A stretch of DNA of 64,000 nucleotides from Ignavibacteria bacterium (GCA_016707005.1 JADJIQ010000001.1:395846-459845); one strand, 5' to 3'. Shown: positions 49,072-58,946, numbered from the stretch's first letter. Notes: a model not told the origin generated them from the sequence alone. Translations and numbers: made by a program.

Positions 49072-51591
49072 ATGACTTCACGACAGATCAGACAGGCGTT
49101 CCTCGACTTCTTTGCAGCACGTGGACATCGCATCGTTCCATCGGCACCGGTGGTTCCGCACGGCGATCCTACGTTGCTCTTTACCAACGCCGGGATGAAT
49201 CAGTTCAAGGATGTGTTCCTCGGAACGGGGAAACGGGAGTACACACGAGCTGTTGATACGCAGAAATGCATCCGCGTTTCGGGGAAGCACAACGACCTCG
49301 AAGAAGTGGGATACGATACGTATCACCACACGCTCTTCGAAATGCTCGGTAACTGGAGCTTCGGAGATTATTTCAAGGAAGAAGCCATCGGGTGGTCGTG
49401 GGAGTTTCTTACAAGCGAGCTTCAACTACCTAAGGACCGACTCCACGCTACGGTCTATCGCACTGATGATGAGTCCTACGAGATCTGGAAGAAGTATCTG
49501 CCGGAATCGCACATACATCGCTTTGATGAAAAGGACAATTTCTGGGAGATGGGTGATACGGGGCCTTGTGGTCCGTGTACAGAGATCCATTTCGACCGGA
49601 CGCCGGACCTGAGTGGTGGACCTCTCGTGAACGCCGGTGTGCCGGAAGTGATCGAGATCTGGAACAACGTCTTCATTCAGTACAACCGCACCAGCGATGG
49701 TACGCTGGAAGACCTGCCGTCACGTCACGTCGATACAGGCATGGGCTTTGAACGACTCTGCGCCGTGATGCAGAAGAAGGACTCCAACTACGACACGGAT
49801 GTCTTCCAACCGATCATCGCCTTCACCGAAGACCTTTGTGGCAAGAGCTATCGCACCGAACTCGATCATCCGGATGGCGTAGCAATGCGCGTGATCGCCG
49901 ATCACATTCGCACACTCTCCTTTGCCATCGCCGACGGAGCCCATCCCGGTAATGAGGGAAGGGGCTATGTACTGCGCCGCATCCTTCGCAGAGCAGCTCG
50001 CTACGCCCGCAACCTCGGTCTGACAGAGCCCGTGCTCTGGAAACACGTTGCCATCCTCTGCGAAACAATGGGCGATGTGTTCCCGGAACTCATTGCACGT
50101 CGCAGCGTTATCGAACGCATCATCAAGGCCGAAGAAGAGTCCTTCCTCGCAACACTCGATAGGGGGCTCCTACGCTTCGATGCCGTTGATACAACCTCCG
50201 GTGTTGTCGGTGGTGCTGATGCGTTTGAGCTATACGACACGTTTGGCTTCCCGTTAGACCTCACGCAACTGATCGCACGTGAGCGTGGACTCACGGTTGA
50301 CGAAGCCGGATATCTGAAACATCTTGAGGAACAGCGCACACGTTCTCGGGCAGCGCGCAAGAGTCACGCCCAGGAAGCGTCAAAACTTTCTATCGATGCG
50401 ATGTCACGTTTTGTTGGGTATAACGCCACTGAGACTTCATCAGCGGTTGTTCACGCAGAAGGAAATCTCATCGTGTTGGCAGAAACTCCGTTCTATGTAG
50501 AGATGGGCGGTCAGGTAGCAGATACCGGACAGATTGTGATAGGGGGCATTCCCTTCCGCGTGGAAGACGTGCGTAAGCACGGCGACGCTATCGTGCATAT
50601 CTGCGAGACGGATGTTGATGCAACAATTGGTGATGTTGCTCTAGCTCAGGTTGATGCACCACGTCGTAAAGACATCGAACGCGAACATTCCGTAACGCAC
50701 TTGCTTCACGAAGCATTGCGCAGAGTGCTCGGATCGCATGTGCAACAAGCGGGGTCGCTGGTTGCGCCGGAGCATCTTCGGTTCGACTTCGCCCACTTCG
50801 AACGTATGCGTCCCGATGAGATCCAAGCCGTTGAAGACATGGTCAACGAAAAGATCTTTGAGTCCATTGCAATCCATACAGAAGACATGCCAATTGAAAA
50901 GGCACGCACAGTGCCTGGCGTAAAAATGTTCTTTGGTGACAAGTATGGCGATAACGTACGCGTGGTATTCATCGATGAAAAGTTTTCCGTTGAGTTCTGC
51001 GGAGGCACACACGTGCAGAACACCAGTGAGATCGGACTCTTCAAGATCCTTGGAGAGAGCAGTGTGGCAAGCGGTGTACGTCGTCTCGAAGCAATTGCCG
51101 GACGAAGTATTCCAACATGGCTCAAGGAGCTCGATGCCAAGCGTGACATCATGTCCGATGACATGGCACGTCAGGCAGAACGCATCAAGCAGCTCGAAAA
51201 AGAACTCGCCTCTCTCAAGACTGACGAACTCAAGACCCTCATCCCATCGATCGTTTCTTCTGCCGTTTCCGTTGGCGATGTACGTGTAGCATCAGCGCGC
51301 GTAACAGTCTCCGATGCAGAACAACTTAAGGACCTCGGAGATGAACTTCGTTCATCGCTCAAGAGCGGTGGCATTGGCCTTCTCGGCTGCGTTCTCGATG
51401 ACAAGGTCCAGCTCGTCTGTGTTGTTACCGATGACCTCACCAAGACCCACAGCGCCGGCAAACTGATTGGCATCGTTGCCAAGGAACTCGGTGGCGGTGG
51501 CGGCGGTAAACCCCACATGGCCACGGCAGGGGGCAGGGACATCGCCAAACTCGACGAAGTCCTCGCAAGCTTCCCTCGTGTAATACAGTAA
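49072..51591 (+). CDS. alaS: alanine--tRNA ligase
   Basis: Class II aaRS N-terminal motifs (FLDFFAARGHRIVPSAPVVP, FTNAGMNQFKDVFLG), editing-domain HxxxH/CxxxH region, and C-terminal DHHA1 (GGGGGKPHMA). Length 839 aa. Confidence 0.95.
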   Translation: MTSRQIRQAFLDFFAARGHRIVPSAPVVPHGDPTLLFTNAGMNQFKDVFLGTGKREYTRAVDTQKCIRVSGKHNDLEEVGYDTYHHTLFEMLGNWSFGDYFKEEAIGWSWEFLTSELQLPKDRLHATVYRTDDESYEIWKKYLPESHIHRFDEKDNFWEMGDTGPCGPCTEIHFDRTPDLSGGPLVNAGVPEVIEIWNNVFIQYNRTSDGTLEDLPSRHVDTGMGFERLCAVMQKKDSNYDTDVFQPIIAFTEDLCGKSYRTELDHPDGVAMRVIADHIRTLSFAIADGAHPGNEGRGYVLRRILRRAARYARNLGLTEPVLWKHVAILCETMGDVFPELIARRSVIERIIKAEEESFLATLDRGLLRFDAVDTTSGVVGGADAFELYDTFGFPLDLTQLIARERGLTVDEAGYLKHLEEQRTRSRAARKSHAQEASKLSIDAMSRFVGYNATETSSAVVHAEGNLIVLAETPFYVEMGGQVADTGQIVIGGIPFRVEDVRKHGDAIVHICETDVDATIGDVALAQVDAPRRKDIEREHSVTHLLHEALRRVLGSHVQQAGSLVAPEHLRFDFAHFERMRPDEIQAVEDMVNEKIFESIAIHTEDMPIEKARTVPGVKMFFGDKYGDNVRVVFIDEKFSVEFCGGTHVQNTSEIGLFKILGESSVASGVRRLEAIAGRSIPTWLKELDAKRDIMSDDMARQAERIKQLEKELASLKTDELKTLIPSIVSSAVSVGDVRVASARVTVSDAEQLKDLGDELRSSLKSGGIGLLGCVLDDKVQLVCVVTDDLTKTHSAGKLIGIVAKELGGGGGGKPHMATAGGRDIAKLDEVLASFPRVIQ

Positions 51592-51650
51592 CCCCGTAAC
51601 CCCGTAACCCCGTAACCCCGTAACTCCGTAACCCCGTAACTCCGTAACTA
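51588..51650. repeat. tandem octamer array (GTAACCCC / GTAACTCC) x8
   Basis: GTAACCCC x4, GTAACTCC, GTAACCCC, GTAACTCC, GTAACTAA. The first unit contains the alaS TAA stop, and TAA recurs in all three frames. Confidence 0.9.
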
Positions 51651-51660
51651 AGGAACAGAC

Positions 51661-52038
51661 ATGGCAAACTCATTCGAAGCAGTCGGCACGATGCACGTCG
51701 TGATGGACACGCAGCAGGTGAAGGACACCTTCAAGAAGCGTGAATTTGTGATCGAGATGCAGGATGGCAATTATCCGCAGCACATCAAGTTTCAGGTGAC
51801 GCAGGATCGTTGTGCCTTGCTCGACAACTTCAAGGTTGGTCAGCAAGTAAAGGTCCTCTTCAACTTGCGGGGTCGCCCCTTCCAAAACCGTGAAGGCCAG
51901 ACCGTCTACTTCACAAACCTCGAAGCATGGCGCATTGAGCCTGCAACAGGCACAGCCACACCTACAGGTGCAGATTACAGTCAGATCACGCCGGCAAGCG
52001 CTGGTGCGAAGGATGACTTTGATGATGTTCCGTTTTAA
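51661..52038 (+). CDS. DUF3127 domain protein
   Basis: MHVVMDTQQVKDTFKKREFVIEMQDGNYPQHIKFQV...GQTVYFTNLEAWRIE matches the DUF3127 pattern common in Bacteroidota. Confidence 0.55.
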   Translation: MANSFEAVGTMHVVMDTQQVKDTFKKREFVIEMQDGNYPQHIKFQVTQDRCALLDNFKVGQQVKVLFNLRGRPFQNREGQTVYFTNLEAWRIEPATGTATPTGADYSQITPASAGAKDDFDDVPF

Positions 52039-52133
52039 GGCTTTTTAAGCGGCTTCTTAAAGCGCCTTTGTAAGCGCCTTTGTAAGCGCCTTTGTAAGCG
52101 ATTTCTACAAGCGCCTTCTACAAGCGTCTTCTC
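52039..52133. repeat. tandem ~12-nt array (GCGCCTTTGTAA x3 with degenerate flanking units)
   Basis: GGCTTTTTAAGCGGCTTCTTAAA-GCGCCTTTGTAA x3 -GCGATTTCTACAAGCGCCTTCTACAAGCGTCTTCTC, immediately after the DUF3127 stop. Confidence 0.85.
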
Positions 52134-52202
52134 GATAGGGATACATTTGACTACATTGTATTACATTGTATTCAGTTGTAGTCATTTTTCCAAGGAATCA
52201 TC

Positions 52203-52475
52203 ATGCCATCAACGAGCGTCCGTCTTGATTCTGATCTTGATGCAAAATTGGCTCTTCTTGCGAGCGAGTTGGATCGAAGCAAGAGCTGGATCATTATTCA
52301 GGCACTTCGCGAGTATCTGGGCCACGCTGCGGCCGAAAGACATCGATGGGAGCAAACGCGCGAAGCTTTGGAATCCGTTTCTAAGGGTCGAGTGGTGCCA
52401 GCTGAAGATGTACACACATGGCTTCGAAGTGGCGCTAGTGATTCAGGGACGCTCTTGCCTCGAGATTCCAGGTGA
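52203..52475 (+). CDS. ribbon-helix-helix (CopG/ParD-like) antitoxin
   Basis: N-terminal RHH SVRLDSDLDAKLALLASELDRSKSWIIIQALREYL. Overlaps the downstream toxin by 4 nt. Confidence 0.7.
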   Translation: MPSTSVRLDSDLDAKLALLASELDRSKSWIIIQALREYLGHAAAERHRWEQTREALESVSKGRVVPAEDVHTWLRSGASDSGTLLPRDSR

Positions 52476-52765
52476 AGTGCGTCTACACCCACGAGGCGGT
52501 CGTTGATTTAGAGCGTATCCGGATATTTCTCATCGAGCACTATTCCGAGAGTTACAGCAGTATCATCGAAGAATTGATCGAGCGAGTTGCGAAGCTCGAG
52601 GAATTTCCACGACTAGGGTCCCGACTTGTTTCATCACCTATAGCGTTAGAGTTACGAGAGATCGTCATTGGCTCATACGTTGTTCGATATCTCATACTCG
52701 ATCAAACTGTAAGTATTCTTCGAGTATGGTATGGTAAGGAAGATCGATCGGGTATTGAGAGTTAA
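52472..52765 (+). CDS. ParE/RelE-family type II toxin
   Basis: YTHEAVVDLERI...ELREIVIGSYVVRYLILDQTVSILRVWYGKEDR is the ParE fold signature. GTG start overlapping the antitoxin stop (GTGA). Confidence 0.7.
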   Translation: MKCVYTHEAVVDLERIRIFLIEHYSESYSSIIEELIERVAKLEEFPRLGSRLVSSPIALELREIVIGSYVVRYLILDQTVSILRVWYGKEDRSGIES

Positions 52766-53223
52766 CACAGAACTCGATTGAGTTCAGTCTGAAACTGGCT
52801 CGGGTCTTGCGTGTCTGCCGGACCAACCACATATCGTTCCCAGAACGTTGAGCCGAACTCATAGCTCGCTTCATCAACCGCTGTCATGAATTCTTGCCAG
52901 GCATCGCCAAGACCTTCATATGGTCCATGGTAGATGGTTCGAACAACGCGGCAGGCAGGGAGTTTGCTTACCTTGACACGTCCGGTCTCTTGTAAAGCGC
53001 CATCAATGGGCACGCCGATCTCAAAGTCAAACGTATCCGTTGGCATACGATGATGATATGAGAAGAGGGGGCCTGTTGGTCCGATCCCCTGAGCACCTAA
53101 TGTTGAATACAGTTCAACGATAGCAGGATCCATTTCTTCCTGCATTTCCGTTCTTGGGATAACAAGATGGATGGACGCTGTGACTTGTTCATCCATGGTT
53201 GCAAGCGTTGGAGTTGTATTCAT
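52762..53223 (-). CDS. GyrI-like (AraC effector-binding-like) small-molecule-binding protein
   Basis: Duplicated beta-alpha-beta-beta halves (HLVIPRTEMQE...FDFEIGVP; ...RTIYHGPYEGLGDAWQEF), typical of the GyrI-like domain. Confidence 0.55.
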   Translation of the reverse strand: MNTTPTLATMDEQVTASIHLVIPRTEMQEEMDPAIVELYSTLGAQGIGPTGPLFSYHHRMPTDTFDFEIGVPIDGALQETGRVKVSKLPACRVVRTIYHGPYEGLGDAWQEFMTAVDEASYEFGSTFWERYVVGPADTQDPSQFQTELNRVLC

Positions 53224-53243
53224 GTTGTTGTTATTATCGTGAG

Positions 53244-53603
53244 ATGGAAACCAAAACTACTACCATTGACCAGTACCTCAAAACGGTTGACGCAGATAAG
53301 CGGCGTGTTCTTGAGGACATACGTTCATCCATCCGCGCTCTCGTACCTGATGCAGTTGAGTGCATCAACTACGGTGTTCCAACCTTTAAACTCAACGGCA
53401 AGAACCTCATCCATTTTGCAGCAGCAAAGAACCATTGCTCGCTTTTTCCAGGTCCCGGCGCAATAGCGGCTTTCTCTGAGGAACTTACTGCCTTTGCTAC
53501 GAGTAAAGGAACCATTCGATTTACGGTGGAGAGCCCCTTACCGAAGAGTTTGGTGAGGAAGATCGTAAAACACCTTGTCGAAAAGACGTCATCCCGAGCG
53601 TAG
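53244..53603 (+). CDS. DUF1801 domain protein
   Basis: IDQYLKTVDADKRRVLEDIRSSIRALVPDAVECINYGVPTFKLNGKNLIHFAAAKNHCSLFPG matches DUF1801. Internal ATG start at 53244. Confidence 0.6.
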   Translation: METKTTTIDQYLKTVDADKRRVLEDIRSSIRALVPDAVECINYGVPTFKLNGKNLIHFAAAKNHCSLFPGPGAIAAFSEELTAFATSKGTIRFTVESPLPKSLVRKIVKHLVEKTSSRA

Positions 53604-53638
53604 TCGAGGGATATGACATTATGACGTTATGACATTTT
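53587..53638. repeat. conserved 25-nt motif CGTCATCCCGAGCGTAGTCGAGGGA followed by (TTATGAC)x3
   Basis: One of three near-identical copies of the 25-mer; the others are at 59268 and 62657. Overlaps the last 5 codons of the DUF1801 gene. Confidence 0.85.
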
Positions 53639-53670
53639 TGAATCGTACATCATTCGGTTACGGAGTATAC

Positions 53671-54060
53671 ATGTCGAACATCGTTGAAATGGCTGCCGGT
53701 ACCTTTACACTACTTTCCGTTCTTACCATTGGCTTTCAGATCGCGCTTGGCCTAGGTGCTCCGTGGGGGAGATTCACACTTGGGGGAAAATATCCTGATG
53801 TCCTTCCAATGAAGGCACGGTTGATTCCCGTTTTCTCAACAGTGGTCCTTGCGTTCTTTATTGCGATCGTCCTTACCCGTGCTGGACTCATACGTCCGGA
53901 CCTTCTAGAACCGTCTCGTATTGCTATCTGGTTGCCCGTTACCTACATGGCGCTTGGACTCGGTTTGAATTCCGTCTCCAAGAGCAAGCCCGAGAGAAGA
54001 CTGTGGGTACCGGTGATCTTGGTGATGCTTGTGTGTACGTTGATCGTGGCTCTTGTTTGA
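53671..54060 (+). CDS. hypothetical 4-TM membrane protein
   Basis: Four hydrophobic helices. No recognised domain. Start uncertain (53629 or 53671). Confidence 0.4.
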   Translation: MSNIVEMAAGTFTLLSVLTIGFQIALGLGAPWGRFTLGGKYPDVLPMKARLIPVFSTVVLAFFIAIVLTRAGLIRPDLLEPSRIAIWLPVTYMALGLGLNSVSKSKPERRLWVPVILVMLVCTLIVALV

Positions 54061-54066
54061 GTGGCC

Positions 54067-55908
54067 TCACAATCGCTCCAACCAGTAGGTTGTCATCATA
54101 CCCTTACCCTTGACCTCTATAGTTCCGCGCTCCGTAACCCCGAAACCCTGCAGCTCTTCTGCAAACGCTTGGCTGATGTGAATACGTCCGGGTTCGCTGT
54201 GTTGCTCCATGCGTGCTGCAATATTGACAGCGTCACCCCAGATGTCGTACATGGGTCGCGTAGCGCCGATAACGCCGGCAACTACGGTGCCGATGTGCAT
54301 ACCAATGCGCACGCGAACTCCATAGGTTCCATCGGTTATTGCCTTCATCATGTCCATAGCACAATGGGCTGCTCGATGCGCAGGTTGTGATACCATGTCT
54401 GGCAAATTGGCCACAGCCATGTAGGCATCGCCGATGGTTTTGATCCGAACGAGGCCGTGATGTTCGATGATCGTATCGAATTGCGTGAAGATTCGCTCGA
54501 TGAAGTCCAACACTTCCTTGGGTTCCATGTTTTCCGAGATCGTGGTAAAGCCAACGAGGTCGGCAAAGAGAATCGCGACGTCAGTGTGGACATCTGCAAT
54601 GCGGCGTTCGCCGGAGAGAATTCTTTCTGCAACCGTACCAGGCATCACTGAATGAAGAAGATCTCGCTCGCGTTGAGCGGTGCGACGTTCTTCTTCTCGC
54701 TCACGTTCTACTGTGAACAGTGCTAGTCGTTGTTGAGCTGTCGTATTCGTGACCGATGTCTCCAATTGAGTGCGCTCGAGCAAGCACTGGTAAGCACGGC
54801 TGGACGCTTGCGTGGCGGCATAGGCAACGTGGAGTTCTGCCAGCGAACGAAGCAGAGCCGACACATCTGCGCGTTGACGTGCCGCATCAGCAATTGGCTC
54901 TAGAATGTCGATCGCTTTCTGGTGATCACCTTCGCACATCAACAACCGAGCCTCTTCGATGACATGAGTTATCCGCTGCGGTTCGTTTGAAGCCATAGCA
55001 AGAGCATCTTCTGCTCTCTGAAGCCACAACCGTGCCTGTTCGATGTTACCCAACACCCGATGTGCTGCGGACAGCCCACGTCGTGCGCCGGTTGCCATTG
55101 ACCATTTGCTCTTGTCTGTGCTCAAGCGTTCAGCTACCAGCAGTTCGTGAATGGCCTGCGTCGCATCGTTGTCCTCAAGGTGCAATAGGCCAATGTTCAG
55201 CGCAGCATACGTAGCAAATCTCTCTGCATCGGCGCCGGTGTCGATCGTGCGTACCTGTTCGAAGTATGTGCGTGCCTTCTCGCGATTACCCGTTTCGCCA
55301 TACAGCACACCAAGATTTAACATGGCGATCGCTAGCGCTATAGGATTATCCAACGTCGTGAACGTTTCATAGGCCCTGAACTGCATGCGTACCGCATCGG
55401 CTAGGAGCCCCTTTCGACTATAGATCGTAGCTAACTCGGTAAGGGCATTGCCCAAGGCTGCAGGGTAGGGAAGTGCGCCAAGAAGAGCAACGGCGTGTTC
55501 ACCGTGTGTTTGGGCATCGTCATATCGACCTTGTTGCGTTGCGCAGAGTGCCAGTGTGCGAAGTGCGCGTGCCTGATAGCCAACATCCGTCATGGTATCT
55601 ACATCGAGGTCTTGCATCAAATCGAGTGCCTCGTCTACCTCCGTGGATTCCGCCAAGAACTGCGTCCAACCCGTCACCATTCGGTAGTGTAGATCGTACG
55701 GTCTTTTGGAAGGGGGCAGTGCAGTGAACGAAGCAAACGCTGACCGTGCACCTTGCAGATTCCGTTGAGAACACTGCAGTTCCAAATTGAGCCATAGTTG
55801 CAACCACCATGGCTCAGGGTCGGCGGGCATTTCCGCTACCAGTCTATCCAGCATAGGCTTGCGGATACCGAGGATAGCATCGTCGATCTGTTGGAGCATA
55901 GTTGACAT
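54067..55908 (-). CDS. TPR-repeat class III adenylate/guanylate cyclase
   Basis: N-terminal ~400 aa of TPR-like repeats. C-terminal CYCc domain (VAILFADLVGFTTISE...IKTIGDAYMAV...GIHIGTVVAGVIG...YDIWGDAVNIAARME). Confidence 0.8.
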   Translation of the reverse strand: MSTMLQQIDDAILGIRKPMLDRLVAEMPADPEPWWLQLWLNLELQCSQRNLQGARSAFASFTALPPSKRPYDLHYRMVTGWTQFLAESTEVDEALDLMQDLDVDTMTDVGYQARALRTLALCATQQGRYDDAQTHGEHAVALLGALPYPAALGNALTELATIYSRKGLLADAVRMQFRAYETFTTLDNPIALAIAMLNLGVLYGETGNREKARTYFEQVRTIDTGADAERFATYAALNIGLLHLEDNDATQAIHELLVAERLSTDKSKWSMATGARRGLSAAHRVLGNIEQARLWLQRAEDALAMASNEPQRITHVIEEARLLMCEGDHQKAIDILEPIADAARQRADVSALLRSLAELHVAYAATQASSRAYQCLLERTQLETSVTNTTAQQRLALFTVEREREEERRTAQRERDLLHSVMPGTVAERILSGERRIADVHTDVAILFADLVGFTTISENMEPKEVLDFIERIFTQFDTIIEHHGLVRIKTIGDAYMAVANLPDMVSQPAHRAAHCAMDMMKAITDGTYGVRVRIGMHIGTVVAGVIGATRPMYDIWGDAVNIAARMEQHSEPGRIHISQAFAEELQGFGVTERGTIEVKGKGMMTTYWLERL

Positions 55909-55963
55909 GGTGCGAATGTACGCAGGAGGAAGTCATGAGGTCGTTTCGTAATTAGCATGTACA

Positions 55964-56920
55964 ATGAGATCAAGACTTCTTCTGCTCACGTTGCTTTTGT
56001 GCCCGAACCTTCAAGCACAGGACAATTCAACAACTACGTCCGCTATCCATCAACTCGTAGGCAGATGGAGTGTGACCGTTGACGGTCAGGAAGCGTCGAT
56101 CATGAATGCTCAGGTCGAAGCCTGGCGATCTATGCCTGATGGGTCGCTGGTTGGCTGGAGTGGGACATCTCATGGTACGGGCATTCACAAGAGCGAAGAT
56201 CTCGCGCTCTCAAAACGTTCGGGCACGTGGACCTATGAGGCTAGGGTTGTTAAACAGAACAACGGCAAGGCCGTGGCGTTTGCTTGTACGAAGATGACAA
56301 AGGACATCATCGTCTTTGAGAATCCGATGCATGACTTCCGGCAGAAGATCGAGTATCAGTTCAGATCGCGCAATGAGATCGTTGTGACGGTCAGTGGCTC
56401 GGCGCGGAAGTTTGTTCTCAGGTTCCGGCGTATTCCCGAGGGAGTCATCTCCTACTCGCCCCTGCAACTCGACACCTCGGCGACGAACACCCCTAAGATC
56501 CCGTCACCGACACAACCCACAGCTCGAATCAAGGGACTGATCGGTAGCTGGGAAAGCAGTGATCACAACAAGACTATGAAGATCGCCGAGGTAGGTCCTG
56601 GGCGATATGCAGGGACGATCATGACCCTTGCATCAGATCTGAAAACATTGATCGAGTTCAAGATCGAAGTCTTCAAAAGGAAGAACCAATGGATGTTGTC
56701 CTTGCAGCGCCCGGTTTGGAACAACAGTGAGCAAATGATGTATCGTTTGATCCACAGCTCGATCAAAACACTCATCTTTCAGAACCATTGTGGTGAGTCA
56801 CCAAATCAGCTGCATTTTGAGTTCGCTGACAAGGACTCCATACTCCTTTCGTGTGACGATGTTGTTGGCATGGAAGGCGAATCAAGCGGTCGCGTGATCG
56901 ATCTCAAACGAAGTCACTGA
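55964..56920 (+). CDS. hypothetical secreted protein
   Basis: Signal peptide MRSRLLLLTLLLCPNLQAQ. Two internally similar halves. No recognised domain. Confidence 0.4.
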   Translation: MRSRLLLLTLLLCPNLQAQDNSTTTSAIHQLVGRWSVTVDGQEASIMNAQVEAWRSMPDGSLVGWSGTSHGTGIHKSEDLALSKRSGTWTYEARVVKQNNGKAVAFACTKMTKDIIVFENPMHDFRQKIEYQFRSRNEIVVTVSGSARKFVLRFRRIPEGVISYSPLQLDTSATNTPKIPSPTQPTARIKGLIGSWESSDHNKTMKIAEVGPGRYAGTIMTLASDLKTLIEFKIEVFKRKNQWMLSLQRPVWNNSEQMMYRLIHSSIKTLIFQNHCGESPNQLHFEFADKDSILLSCDDVVGMEGESSGRVIDLKRSH

Positions 56921-56931
56921 ACAACCTTCAT

Positions 56932-57336
56932 ATGCCGCACAAACCATTCACGATCAAGAGCCTGAGTTTTGTTTCGCTCTACATGCGAGACATTGAAGCT
57001 GCCGTGGCATTTTATACCTCAGTGTTCGGTCCGCACGAGTACACAGAAGAGAATGAGATCCTCTACGGTTGGAGAATGGGATCCACGTGGTTGACGATGT
57101 TCCCAAGCACCGCCGGAACCGCCACAGATCGTAATCCGTGTAATACGGAGTTTGCCATTGAAGTGTCGTCTCCAGCTGAGGTTGATGTGCTCTACGCTGC
57201 TCTTGTCTCAGCAGGGGCAACTATAGGAATGACTCCTCGAGATACAACCATGTATGTGCCGATGCGATTCTGCTGTGTTGACGATCCCTTTGGCGTCAGG
57301 ATCGATGTCTATTGTCCGCTTGGAACAGACCTATGA
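56932..57336 (+). CDS. VOC (glyoxalase/bleomycin-resistance) family protein
   Basis: Paired beta-alpha-beta-beta-beta modules (FVSLYMRDIEAAVAFYTSVFG; FAIEVSSPAEVDVLYAALVSAGA). Confidence 0.5.
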   Translation: MPHKPFTIKSLSFVSLYMRDIEAAVAFYTSVFGPHEYTEENEILYGWRMGSTWLTMFPSTAGTATDRNPCNTEFAIEVSSPAEVDVLYAALVSAGATIGMTPRDTTMYVPMRFCCVDDPFGVRIDVYCPLGTDL

Positions 57337-57716
57337 CTGAACAAACCGATGTTGAAGAATATCTCCGCACGTTTGAGCACCCTAACAAGGAAGTTCTGTT
57401 GCGCGTGCGTGAGATCATACTCGGCGTTGATCCCAAGATTCAAGAAGGCATCAAGTGGAAGGTGCCCAGCTTCCGCACCACCGAATTCTTCGCAACGTTT
57501 CATGTCAGGTCGAAGAAGGGTATGGGGCTTGTCCTTCATTTTGGTGCGAAGAAACGCCAAGATCTGCCCGAACGGTCAACGATCTCAGATCCCACGAACC
57601 TGCTCGAGTGGCTATCTGATGACCGGGCGATGATCACATTTGGATCGATCCAAGAGGTTGACAAGAGCGAGCATGAGTTCGCAAACATCATACGTCAGTG
57701 GAGTAAACTTGTCTGA
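57333..57716 (+). CDS. DUF1801 domain protein (second copy)
   Basis: EYLRTFEHPNKEVLLRVREIILGVDPKIQEGIKWKVPSFRTTEFFATFHVRSKKGMGLVLHFG. ATG overlaps the VOC stop (ATGA). Confidence 0.5.
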   Translation: MTEQTDVEEYLRTFEHPNKEVLLRVREIILGVDPKIQEGIKWKVPSFRTTEFFATFHVRSKKGMGLVLHFGAKKRQDLPERSTISDPTNLLEWLSDDRAMITFGSIQEVDKSEHEFANIIRQWSKLV

Positions 57717-57866
57717 TTCGCTCAGTACGCTCGAGCGAAAGCTGTAGGTGCCGGTGATCGCGATCATGCTAGCATGTTCATTAGTTGTAGCGCTTGAAGT
57801 GTCTTTTCTCAACTATTTTGAGAGAGGCTAAATGAGCAATTCACGAATGATAATCGGGGGGCTACT

Positions 57867-58229
57867 ATGGAAACAGATCCTACAGTTCATGACAGAGATT
57901 CAGAAGAGGCCTTTGCCTATGCCATAGAACAGATGCATGGCGGAATTCCACTTTTTAAGATCGAGGAGCAGCTAGTTCAACGCGGATTGAGCGAGGAATC
58001 TGCTTCGGCCGTCATCGCACGAGTTTCGGACTACCGTACATCCTCTGAAGCAAAGGAAGCTCGCAGCAGCATGAATCAAGGTGCCGTCTGGTTCTTAGGC
58101 GGGATTGTCGTTACCGTAGCAACCTATGTGCTTGCAACCGGAGGTGGAACCTATGTTGTTGCATGGGGTGCCGTCGTTTTCGGTGGAATCCAATTCGTAC
58201 GTGGCTACATGAAACTGCAGAACTATTGA
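57867..58229 (+). CDS. hypothetical small membrane protein (2 TM)
   Basis: Soluble N-terminal ~70 aa, then two Gly-rich TM helices. Confidence 0.35.
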   Translation: METDPTVHDRDSEEAFAYAIEQMHGGIPLFKIEEQLVQRGLSEESASAVIARVSDYRTSSEAKEARSSMNQGAVWFLGGIVVTVATYVLATGGGTYVVAWGAVVFGGIQFVRGYMKLQNY

Positions 58230-58251
58230 GAAGATGTGATCGGTGTTCTTT

Positions 58252-58611
58252 CTATGCCCGTGAGCCAGACCTCTTACTCGAAGCAGGGGATCTTTTACCC
58301 ACGACCGTTGCAACGATGGCCTTCTCCGGCATGTCGAGGGCTATAAGAACACGGATCAAGAGGTCGAAAGACACGGACGGATCGCCGGCTTCGAGTTTCG
58401 CGATCCTAGATTGGCTTGTACCGACTCGTTCTGCAAGCTCCGTTTGTGTGAGATGACACTTTTTCCGTCGGGTATACACTTCCATTACAAGAGAAGCCTT
58501 GATGTTGACATACTTTTCCTCACTTGGTGTGAGGGTAAGGAACTCAGCAACAGAGCCCACTCTAAACCCCGCAGACTCTAGTCGTCTTTTTCGAACATCA
58601 TTCATGATCAA
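58252..58611 (-). CDS. HTH XRE-family antitoxin (HigA-like)
   Basis: HTH LTQTELAERVGTSQSRIAKLEAGDPSVSFDLLIRVLIAL. Overlaps the upstream toxin gene by 4 nt. Confidence 0.65.
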   Translation of the reverse strand: MIMNDVRKRRLESAGFRVGSVAEFLTLTPSEEKYVNIKASLVMEVYTRRKKCHLTQTELAERVGTSQSRIAKLEAGDPSVSFDLLIRVLIALDMPEKAIVATVVGKRSPASSKRSGSRA

Positions 58612-58946
58612 TCCTCCTGTAGGTCATACCATCGAAAACTTGCGATGCATGTTTTGATAACTGACGTAGGAAGTGTTTCTGTCTTCTTCTTGAACACATC
58701 GACGACAAGTATGACTTCCGTATCGATTCTGTAGATGATTCTCCATGTCACATTTCCGTCATTGATTCGTAGCTCATGGCAGTTTCGACCGATCATCGGT
58801 AAAGGCCGCGAAAATGGCATTGAGATCAAGCCACCTAGCTGCAGAACCCGCAAGAGTAAGCCTGTCTTTTTCCTTGCCTCCGCCGAAAACGGTGGAGTTC
58901 TTACTGAACCATGAATCCAAACGATGACCTTTTCTTTGAAGTACAT
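58608..58946 (-). CDS. RelE/ParE-superfamily toxin, Gp49/HigB-like
   Basis: ...IHGSVRTPPFSAEARKKTGLLLRVLQLGG..LSMPFSRPLPMIGRNCHELRI.DGNVTWRIIYRIDTEVILVVDVFKKKTETLP matches the phage Gp49-like (HigB) family. Toxin-first gene order. Confidence 0.65.
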   Translation of the reverse strand: MYFKEKVIVWIHGSVRTPPFSAEARKKTGLLLRVLQLGGLISMPFSRPLPMIGRNCHELRINDGNVTWRIIYRIDTEVILVVDVFKKKTETLPTSVIKTCIASFRWYDLQED

